Virus record (IMG/VR): IMGVR_UViG_3300045988_133230
Length of the DNA: 60,892 bases
Direction: 5' to 3' (one strand)
Origin: a virus
Taxonomy: Duplodnaviria > Heunggongvirae > Uroviricota > Caudoviricetes
Of the stretch, positions 53,449 through 60,892 are shown piece after piece. Below the pieces are notes generated by a model. The model did not search any database and was not told the origin of the DNA. It worked only from the letters and a program-made list of their open reading frames with translations. Within the stretch, counting starts at the first letter, position 1; every line of letters begins with the position of its first letter. The position numbers were made by a program, and so were the translations under genes.

Positions 53449-54474
53449 ATGTCTGTATATACAACCGCAGAATTACTGGCATCGACCCAGCATCACTTTA
53501 AGTTCGATCCGCTGTTTCTGCGCCTGTTTTTCCGTGAAACCTATCCTTTCACCACGGAAAAAGTCTATCTCTCACAAATTCCGGGACTGGTAAACATGGC
53601 GCTGTACGTTTCGCCGATTGTTTCCGGTGAGGTTATCCGATCCCGTGGCGGCTCCACCTCTGAATTTACGCCGGGTTATGTCAAACCCAAGCATGAGGTG
53701 AATCCGCAGATGACCCTGCGTCGCCTGCCGGATGAAGATCCGCAGAACCTGGCTGACCCGGCTTACCGTCGTCGCCGTATTATTCGGCAGAATATGCTGG
53801 ATGAAAATCTGGCGATTGCCCAGGTCGAAGAGATGCAGGCAGTTTCTGCCGTGCTTAAGGGCAAATATACCATGACCGGTGAAGCCTTCGATCCGGTTGA
53901 GGTGGATATGGGCCGCAGTGAGGCGAATAACATCACGCAGTCCGGCGGCACGGAGTGGAGCAAGCGTGACAAGTCCACGTATGACCCGACCGACGATATC
54001 GAAGCCTACGCGCTGAACGCCAGCGGTGTGGTGAATATCATCGTGTTTGATCCGAAAGGCTGGGCGCTGTTCCGTTCCTTCAAAGCCGTCAAGGAGAAGC
54101 TGGATACCCGTCGCGGCTCTCATTCCGAGCTGGAGACAGCGGTAAAAGACCTGGGCAAAGCGGTGTCCTATAAGGGAATGTATGGCGATGTGGCCATCGT
54201 CGTGTATTCCGGACAGTACGTGGAAAACGGCGTCAAAAAGAACTTCCTGCCGGACAACACGATGGTGCTGGGGAACACTCAGGCTCGCGGTCTGCGCACC
54301 TATGGCTGCATTCAGGATGCGGACGCACAGCGCGAAGGCATTAACGCCTCTGCCCGTTACCCGAAAAACTGGGTGACCACCGGCGATCCGGCGCGTGAGT
54401 TCACCATGATTCAGTCAGCACCGCTGATGCTGCTGGCTGATCCTGATGAGTTCGTGTCCGTACAACTGGCGTAA
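53449..54474 (+). CDS. E: major capsid protein gpE
   Basis: 341 aa lambda E-like. Confidence 0.95.
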   Translation: MSVYTTAELLASTQHHFKFDPLFLRLFFRETYPFTTEKVYLSQIPGLVNMALYVSPIVSGEVIRSRGGSTSEFTPGYVKPKHEVNPQMTLRRLPDEDPQNLADPAYRRRRIIRQNMLDENLAIAQVEEMQAVSAVLKGKYTMTGEAFDPVEVDMGRSEANNITQSGGTEWSKRDKSTYDPTDDIEAYALNASGVVNIIVFDPKGWALFRSFKAVKEKLDTRRGSHSELETAVKDLGKAVSYKGMYGDVAIVVYSGQYVENGVKKNFLPDNTMVLGNTQARGLRTYGCIQDADAQREGINASARYPKNWVTTGDPAREFTMIQSAPLMLLADPDEFVSVQLA

Positions 54475-54514
54475 TCATGGCCCTTCGGGGCCATTTCTCT
54501 CGGTGGAGGAGTCC

Positions 54515-54910
54515 ATGACGAAAGATGAACTGATTGCCCGTCTCCGCTCGCTGGGTGAACAACTGAACCGTGATGTCAGCCTGACGGGGACGAAAGAAGA
54601 ACTGGCGCTCCGTGTGGCAGAGCTGGAAGAGGAGCTTGATGACACGGATGACGCTGCCGGTCAGGACACATCTGTCAGCCCGGAAAATGCGCTGACCGGA
54701 CATGAAAATGAGGTGGTATCAGCGCAGCCGGATACCGTGACTGATACGGCTGATCTGGTCACGGTTGTGGCACTGGTGACGCTGCATACTGATGCACTTC
54801 ACGCCACGCGGGATGAACCTGTGGCATTTGTGCTGCCGGGAACGGCGTTCCGTGTCTCTGCCGGTGTGGCAGCTGAAATGACAGAGCGCGGCCTGGCCAG
54901 AATGCAATAA
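54515..54910 (+). CDS. FI: DNA packaging protein FI
   Basis: MTKDELIARLRSLGEQLN... ; start at ATG 54515. Confidence 0.85.
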   Translation: MTKDELIARLRSLGEQLNRDVSLTGTKEELALRVAELEEELDDTDDAAGQDTSVSPENALTGHENEVVSAQPDTVTDTADLVTVVALVTLHTDALHATRDEPVAFVLPGTAFRVSAGVAAEMTERGLARMQ

Positions 54911-54921
54911 CGGGAGGCGCT

Positions 54922-55275
54922 GTGGCTGATTTCGATAACCTGTTCGATGCTGCCATTGCCCGCGCCGATGAAACGATACGCGGGTACATGGGAACGTCAG
55001 CCACCATGACATCCGGTGAGCAGTCCGGTGCTGTGATACGTGGTGTTTTTGATGACCCTGAAAATATCAGCTATGCCGGACAGGGCGTGCGCGTTGAAGG
55101 CTCCAGCCCGTCCCTGTTTGTCCGGACTGATGATGTGCGGCAGCTGCGGCGCGGCGACACGCTGACCATCGGTGAGGAAAACTTCTGGATAGACCGGATT
55201 TCGCCGGATGATGGCGGAAGCTGTCATCTCTGGCTTGGGCGGGGCGTACCGCCTGCCGTTAACCGTCGCCGCTGA
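54922..55275 (+). CDS. FII: head-tail connector FII
   Basis: 117 aa lambda FII-like. Confidence 0.9.
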   Translation: MADFDNLFDAAIARADETIRGYMGTSATMTSGEQSGAVIRGVFDDPENISYAGQGVRVEGSSPSLFVRTDDVRQLRRGDTLTIGEENFWIDRISPDDGGSCHLWLGRGVPPAVNRRR

Positions 55276-55286
55276 AAGGGGGATGT

Positions 55287-55865
55287 ATGGCCATAAAAGG
55301 TCTTGAGCAGGCCGTTGAAAACCTCAGCCGTATCAGCAGAACGGCGGTGCCCGGTGCCGCCGCAATGGCCATTAACCGCGTTGCTTCATCCGCGATATCG
55401 CAGTCGGCGTCACAGGTTGCCCGTGAGACAAAGGTACGCCGGAAACTGGCAAAGGAAAGGGCCAGGCTGAAAAGGGCCACGGTCAAAAATCCGCAGGCCA
55501 GAATCAAGGTTAACCGGGGGGATTTGCCCGTAATCAGGCTGGGTAACGCGCGGGTTGTCCTGTCCCGACGCAGGCGTCGTAAAAAGGGGCAGCGTTCATC
55601 CCTGAAAGGTGGCGACAGCGTGCTTGTGGTGGGAAACCGTCGTATTCCCGGCGCGTTTATTCAGCAACTGAAAAATGGCCGGTGGCATGTCATGCAGCGT
55701 GTGGCCGGGAAAAACCGTTACCCCATTGATGTGGTGAAAATCCCGATGGCAGTGCCGCTGACCACGGCGTTTAAACAGAATATTGAGCGGATACGGCGTG
55801 AACGTCTTCCGAAAGAGCTGGGCTATGCGCTGCAGCATCAACTGAGGATGGTAATAAAGCGATGA
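55287..55865 (+). CDS. Z: minor tail protein Z
   Basis: 192 aa lambda Z-like. Confidence 0.9.
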   Translation: MAIKGLEQAVENLSRISRTAVPGAAAMAINRVASSAISQSASQVARETKVRRKLAKERARLKRATVKNPQARIKVNRGDLPVIRLGNARVVLSRRRRRKKGQRSSLKGGDSVLVVGNRRIPGAFIQQLKNGRWHVMQRVAGKNRYPIDVVKIPMAVPLTTAFKQNIERIRRERLPKELGYALQHQLRMVIKR

Positions 55866-56257
55866 AACATACAGAACTCCGTGCAGCCGTACTGGATGCA
55901 CTGGAAAAACATGACACCGGGGCGACGCTTTTTGATGGTCGCCCCGCTGTTTTTGATGAGGAGGATTTTCCGGCAGTTGCCGTTTATCTCACCGGCGCTG
56001 AATACACGGGCGAAGAGCTGGACAGCGATACCTGGCAGGCGGAGCTGCATATTGAAGTTTTCCTGCCTGCTCAGGTGCCGGATTCAGAGCTGGATTCGTG
56101 GATGGAGTCCCGGATTTATCCGGTGATGAGCGATGTCCCGGCACTGTCAGATTTGATCACCAGTATGGTGGCCAGTGGCTATGACTACCGGCGCGACGAT
56201 GATGCGGGCCTGTGGAGTTCAGCCGATCTGACTTATGTCATTACCTATGAAATGTGA
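55862..56257 (+). CDS. U: tail terminator protein U
   Basis: 131 aa lambda U-like. Confidence 0.9.
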   Translation: MKHTELRAAVLDALEKHDTGATLFDGRPAVFDEEDFPAVAVYLTGAEYTGEELDSDTWQAELHIEVFLPAQVPDSELDSWMESRIYPVMSDVPALSDLITSMVASGYDYRRDDDAGLWSSADLTYVITYEM

Positions 56258-56264
56258 GGACGAT

Positions 56265-57005
56265 ATGCCTGTACCAAATCCAGTAATGCCGGTGAAAGGG
56301 GCCGGGACCACACTGTGGGTTTATAAGGGGAACGGTGACCCTTATGCGAACCCGCTTTCAGACGTTGACTGGTCGCGTCTGGCTAAAGTTAAAGACCTGA
56401 CGCCCGGCGAACTGACCGCTGAGTCCTATGACGACAGCTATCTCGATGATGAAGATGCGGACTGGACTGCGACCGGGCAGGGGCAGAAATCTGCCGGAGA
56501 TACCAGCTTCACGCTGGCGTGGATGCCCGGAGAGCAGGGGCAGCAGGCGCTGCTGGCGTGGTTTAATGAAGGGGATACCCGTGCCTATAAAATCCGCTTC
56601 CCGAACGGCACGGTCGATGTGTTCCGCGGCTGGGTCAGCAGTATCGGTAAGGCGGTGACGGCGAAGGAAGTGATCACCCGCACGGTGAAAGTCACCAACG
56701 TGGGACGTCCGTCGATGGCAGAAGATCGCAGCACGGTGACGGCGACAACCGGCATGACGGTGACACCCGCCAGTGCTTCCGTAGTGAAAGGGCAGAGCAC
56801 TACGCTGACCGTGGCATTCCAGCCGGAGGGCGCAACCGACAAGAGCTTCCGTGCGGTGTCTGCGGATAAAACAAAAGCCACCGTGTCGGTCAGCGGTATG
56901 ACCATCACCGTGAACGGCGTTGCTGCAGGCAAGGTCAACATTCCGGTTGTATCCGGTAATGGTGAGTTTGCTGCGGTTGCAGAAATCACCGTCACCGCCA
57001 GTTAA
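56265..57005 (+). CDS. V: major tail tube protein V
   Basis: [22 protein letters not shown]...; start at ATG 56265. Confidence 0.9.
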   Translation: MPVPNPVMPVKGAGTTLWVYKGNGDPYANPLSDVDWSRLAKVKDLTPGELTAESYDDSYLDDEDADWTATGQGQKSAGDTSFTLAWMPGEQGQQALLAWFNEGDTRAYKIRFPNGTVDVFRGWVSSIGKAVTAKEVITRTVKVTNVGRPSMAEDRSTVTATTGMTVTPASASVVKGQSTTLTVAFQPEGATDKSFRAVSADKTKATVSVSGMTITVNGVAAGKVNIPVVSGNGEFAAVAEITVTAS

Positions 57006-57020
57006 TCCGGAGAGTCAGCG

Positions 57021-57443
57021 ATGTTCCTGAAAACCGAATCATTTGAATATAACGGCGTGACCGTCACGCTTTCTGAACTGTCAGCCCTGCAGCGTATTGA
57101 GCATCTTGCCCTGATGAAACGGCAGGCAGAACCGGCGGGATCCGACAGCAACCGGCAGGTTACTGTGGAAGACGTCATCAGAACCGGCGCGTTTCTGGTG
57201 GCGATGTCCCTGTGGCATAACCATCCGAAGAAGACGCAGATGCCGTCCATGAATGAAGCCGTTAAACAGATTGAGCAGGAAGTGCTTACCACCTGGCCCA
57301 CAGAGGCAATTTCTCATGCTGAAAACGTGGTGTACCGGCTGTCCGGTATGTATGAGTTTGTGGTGAATAATGCCCCCGAACAGGCAGAGGACGCCGGGCC
57401 TGCAGAGCCTGTTTCTGCGGGAAAGTGTTCGACGGTGAGCTGA
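57021..57443 (+). CDS. G: tail assembly chaperone G
   Basis: 140 aa; ends just after GGGAAAG slippery site. Confidence 0.9.
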   Translation: MFLKTESFEYNGVTVTLSELSALQRIEHLALMKRQAEPAGSDSNRQVTVEDVIRTGAFLVAMSLWHNHPKKTQMPSMNEAVKQIEQEVLTTWPTEAISHAENVVYRLSGMYEFVVNNAPEQAEDAGPAEPVSAGKCSTVS

Positions 57444-57859
57444 GTTTTGCCCTGAAACTGGCGCGTGAGATGGGGCGACCCGACTGGCGCGCCATGCTTG
57501 CCGGGATGTCATCCACGGAGTATGCCGACTGGCACCGCTTTTACAGTACCCATTATTTTCATGATGTTCTGCTGGATATGCACTTTTCCGGGCTGACGTA
57601 CACCGTGCTCAGCCTGTTTTTCAGCGATCCGGATATGCATCCGCTGGATTTCAGTCTGCTGAACCGGTGTGAGGCTGACGAAGAGCCTGAAGGTGATGTG
57701 CTGATGCAGAAAGCGGCAGGGCTTGCCGGAGGTGTTCGTTTTGGTCCGGACGGGAATGAAGTTATCCCCGCCTCCCCGGATGTGGCGGACATGACGGAGG
57801 ATGACGTAATGCTGATGACAGTATCAGAAGGGATCGCAGGAGGAGTCCGGTATGGCTGA
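57425..57859 (+). CDS. T: tail assembly chaperone T segment (expressed as G-T by -1 frameshift)
   Basis: ORF in -1 frame; slippery heptamer G_GGA_AAG at 57419-57425. Confidence 0.8.
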   Translation: MFDGELSFALKLAREMGRPDWRAMLAGMSSTEYADWHRFYSTHYFHDVLLDMHFSGLTYTVLSLFFSDPDMHPLDFSLLNRCEADEEPEGDVLMQKAAGLAGGVRFGPDGNEVIPASPDVADMTEDDVMLMTVSEGIAGGVRYG

Positions 57860-60413
57860 ACCGGTAGGCGATCTGGTCGTTGATTTAAGTCTGGATGCGG
57901 CCAGATTTGACGAGCAGATGGCCAGAGTCAGGCGTCATTTTTCCGGTACGGAAAGTGATGCGAAAAAAACAGCGGCAGTCGTTGAACAGTCAATGAACCG
58001 ACAGGCGCTGGCTGCACAGAAAGCGGGGATTTCCGTCGGGCAGTATAAAGCCGCCATGCGTATGCTGCCTGCACAGTTCACCGACGTGGCCACGCAGCTT
58101 GCAGGCGGGCAAAGCCCGTGGCTGATCCTGCTGCAACAGGGTGGTCAGGTTAAGGACTCCTTCGGCGGGATGATCCCCATGTTCCGGGGGCTTGCCGGTG
58201 CGATCACCCTGCCGATGGTCGGGGCCACCTCGCTGGCGGTGGCGACCGGTGCGCTGGCGTATGCCTGGTATCAGGGTAACTCAACCCTGTCCGATTTCAA
58301 CAAAACGCTGGTCCTTTCCGGTCATCAGTCGGGTCTGACGGCAGATCGTATGCTGGTCCTGTCCAGAGCCGGGCAGGCGGCAGGGCTGACGTTTAACCAG
58401 ACCAGCGAGTCACTCAGTGCACTGGTTAAGGCGGGGGTAAGCGGTGAGGCTCAGATTGCGTCCATCAGCCAGAGTGTGGCGCGTTTCTCCTCTGCATCCG
58501 GCGTGGAGGTGGACAAGGTCGCTGAAGCCTTCAGGAAGCTGACCACTGACCCGACGTCGGGGCTGACGGCGATGGCGCGCCAGTTCCATAACGTAACGGC
58601 GGAGCAGATTGCGTATGTTGCTCAGTTGCAGCGTTCCGGCGATGAATCCGGGGCATTGCAGGCGGCGAACGAGGCCGCAACGAAAGGGTTTGATGACCAG
58701 ACCCGACGCCTGAAAGAGAACATGGGCACGCTGGAAACCTGGGCAGACAGGACAGCACGGGCATTCAAATCCATGTGGGATGCGGTGCTGGATATTGGTC
58801 GTCCTGATACCGCTCAGGAGATGCTGATTAAGGCAGAGGCTGCGTTTAAGAAAGCGGACGACATCTGGAATCTGCGCAAGGATGATTATTTTGTTAACGA
58901 TGAAGCGCGGGCGCGTTACTGGGATGATCGTGAAAAGGCCCGTCTTGCGCTTGAAGCCGCCCGAAAGAAGGCTGAACAGCAGAGTCAACAGGACAAAAAT
59001 GCGCAGCAGCAGAGCGATACCGAAGCATCACGGCTGAAATATACCGAAGAGGCGCAGAAGGCTTACGAACGGCTGCAGACACCGCTGGAGAAATATACCG
59101 CCCGTCAGGAAGAACTGAACAAGGCACTGAAAGACGGGAAAATCCTGCAGGCAGATTACAACACGCTGATGGCGGCGGCGAAAAAGGATTATGAAGCGAC
59201 GCTGAAAAAGCCGAAACAGTCCGGCGTGAAGGTGTCTGCGGGCGATCGTCAGGAAGACAGTGCTCATGCTGCCCTGCTGACGCTTCAGGCTGAACTCCGG
59301 ACGCTGGAGAAGCATGCCGGAGCAAATGAGAAAATCAGCCAGCAGCGCCGGGATTTGTGGAAGGCGGAGAGTCAGTTCGCGGTACTGGAGGAGGCGGCGC
59401 AACGTCGACAGCTGTCTGCACAGGAGAAATCCCTGCTGGCGCATAAAGATGAGACGCTGGAGTACAAACGCCAGCTGGCTGCACTTGGCGACAAGGTTAC
59501 GTATCAGGAGCGCCTGAACGCGCTGGCGCAGCAGGCGGATAAATTCGCACAGCAGCAACGGGCAAAACGGGCCGCTATTGATGCGAAAAGCCGGGGGCTG
59601 ACTGACCGGCAGGCAGAACGGGAAGCCACGGAACAGCGCCTGAAGGAACAGTATGGCGATAATCCTCTGGCGCTGAATAACGTCATGTCAGAGCAGAAAA
59701 AGACCTGGGCGGCTGAAGACCTGCTTCGCGGGAACTGGATGGCAGGCCTCAGGTCCGGCTGGAGCGAGTGGAAAGAGAGTGCCACGGACAGTATGTCGCA
59801 GGTTAAAAGTGCTGCCACGCAGACCTTTGATGGTATTGCGCAGAATATGGCGGCGATGCTGACCGGCAGTGAACAGAACTGGCGCAGCTTCACCCGTTCC
59901 GTGCTGTCCATGATGACAGAAATTCTGCTTAAGCAGGCAATGGTGGGGATTGTCGGGAGTATCGGCAGCGCTATTGGCGGGGCTGTTGGTGGCGGCGCAT
60001 CCGCGTCAGGCGGTACAGCCATTCAGGCCGCTGCGGCGAAACTCCATTTTGCAACCGGAGGATTTACGGGAACCGGCGGCAAATATGAGCCAGCGGGGAT
60101 TGTTCACCGTGGTGAATTTGTCTTCACGAAGGAGGCAACCAGCCGGATTGGCGTGGGAAATCTCTACCGGCTGATGCGCGGCTATGCCACCGGCGGTTAT
60201 GTCGGTGGCACCGGAAGTCCGGCGCAAATGCGGCGTTCAGAGGGTATCAGGTTTGAGCAGAACAACAACGTGGTGATTCAGAACGACGGTACGAATGGTC
60301 TGCCAGGTCCACAGATGATGAAGGCGGTGTATGACATGGCCCGCAAGGGTGCCCGTGATGAAATCCAGGCACAGATGCGCGATGGTGGTCTGTTCTCCGG
60401 AGGTGGACGATGA
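57852..60413 (+). CDS. H: tail tape measure protein H
   Basis: 853 aa lambda H-like. Confidence 0.95.
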   Translation: MAEPVGDLVVDLSLDAARFDEQMARVRRHFSGTESDAKKTAAVVEQSMNRQALAAQKAGISVGQYKAAMRMLPAQFTDVATQLAGGQSPWLILLQQGGQVKDSFGGMIPMFRGLAGAITLPMVGATSLAVATGALAYAWYQGNSTLSDFNKTLVLSGHQSGLTADRMLVLSRAGQAAGLTFNQTSESLSALVKAGVSGEAQIASISQSVARFSSASGVEVDKVAEAFRKLTTDPTSGLTAMARQFHNVTAEQIAYVAQLQRSGDESGALQAANEAATKGFDDQTRRLKENMGTLETWADRTARAFKSMWDAVLDIGRPDTAQEMLIKAEAAFKKADDIWNLRKDDYFVNDEARARYWDDREKARLALEAARKKAEQQSQQDKNAQQQSDTEASRLKYTEEAQKAYERLQTPLEKYTARQEELNKALKDGKILQADYNTLMAAAKKDYEATLKKPKQSGVKVSAGDRQEDSAHAALLTLQAELRTLEKHAGANEKISQQRRDLWKAESQFAVLEEAAQRRQLSAQEKSLLAHKDETLEYKRQLAALGDKVTYQERLNALAQQADKFAQQQRAKRAAIDAKSRGLTDRQAEREATEQRLKEQYGDNPLALNNVMSEQKKTWAAEDLLRGNWMAGLRSGWSEWKESATDSMSQVKSAATQTFDGIAQNMAAMLTGSEQNWRSFTRSVLSMMTEILLKQAMVGIVGSIGSAIGGAVGGGASASGGTAIQAAAAKLHFATGGFTGTGGKYEPAGIVHRGEFVFTKEATSRIGVGNLYRLMRGYATGGYVGGTGSPAQMRRSEGIRFEQNNNVVIQNDGTNGLPGPQMMKAVYDMARKGARDEIQAQMRDGGLFSGGGR

Positions 60414-60739
60414 AAACCTTCCGCTGGAAAGTGAAACCCGGGATGGATGTGACATCGGCTCCTTCCGTCAGGGAGGTGCGCTTTGGTGATGGCTATTCCC
60501 AGCGTGCGCCTGCCGGGCTGAACGCTGACCTGAAAACGTACAGCGTGACGCTGTCTGTCTCCCGTGAGGAGGCCACGGCGCTGGAGTCGTTTCTGGCTGA
60601 GCACGGGGGCTGGAAGGCCTTTCTGTGGACGCCGCCTTATGGTTACAGGCAGATAAAGGTGACCTGCGCAAAATGGTCGTCGCAGGTCAGTATGTTGCGT
60701 GTTGAGTTCAGCGCAGAGTTTAAACAGGTGGTGAACTGA
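60410..60739 (+). CDS. M: minor tail protein M
   Basis: 109 aa lambda M-like. Confidence 0.9.
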   Translation: MKTFRWKVKPGMDVTSAPSVREVRFGDGYSQRAPAGLNADLKTYSVTLSVSREEATALESFLAEHGGWKAFLWTPPYGYRQIKVTCAKWSSQVSMLRVEFSAEFKQVVN

Positions 60740-60892
60740 TGCAGGATATCCGGCAGGAAACACTGAATGAATGCACCCGTGCGGAGCAGTCGGCCAGCGT
60801 GGTGCTCTGGGAAATCGATCTGACAGAGGTCGGTGGAGAACGTTATTTTTTCTGTAATGAGCAGAACGAAAAAGGTGAGCCGGTCACCTGGC
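60739..60892 (+). CDS. L: minor tail protein L (3' truncated by window end)
   Basis: MQDIRQETLNECTRAEQSASVVLWEIDLTEVGGERYFFCNEQNEKGEPVTW... Confidence 0.85.
   Translation, partial: MQDIRQETLNECTRAEQSASVVLWEIDLTEVGGERYFFCNEQNEKGEPVTW

Overview
This window looks like an Enterobacteriaceae (E. coli-like) chromosome segment made almost entirely of two lambdoid prophages in tandem, joined at an icd-derived attachment fragment (27487-27651). The left element (1 to ~24400) is the late arm of an e14/SfV-like phage: truncated Q, a reverse-strand two-gene cargo operon, lambda-type S/R/Rz/Rz1 lysis genes, HNH plus terminase, an HK97-type head module whose major capsid gene carries a 1-bp frameshift, a Mu-type contractile tail and baseplate, and an invertible-type tail-fibre cassette with no invertase gene. 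Its terminus (23719-27042) carries cargo: an SRAP gene, a 271-aa ORF bracketed by 122-bp direct repeats that contain tRNA-Pro-like 3' fragments, and a 322-aa HNH-domain protein. The right element (27765 to window end) is a lambda/DLP12-like prophage collinear with lambda: int, xis, exo-bet-gam, cI (with a co-transcribed 287-aa ORF in the rexAB slot), cro, O with iterons, P, ren, an emrE/ybcK/esterase insertion, ybcN-ninE-ybcO-rusA-ylcG, Q, a porin moron, a pinholin/SAR-endolysin lysis cassette, cos, and lambda Nu1 through L (L cut by the window end). The most interesting candidates for undescribed biology are the cargo genes at three classic prophage defence hotspots (326-1937, 24785-27042, 33036-33899); none could be assigned to a named system from sequence alone. 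All homology statements are from reading the translations against remembered reference proteins, not from a database search.
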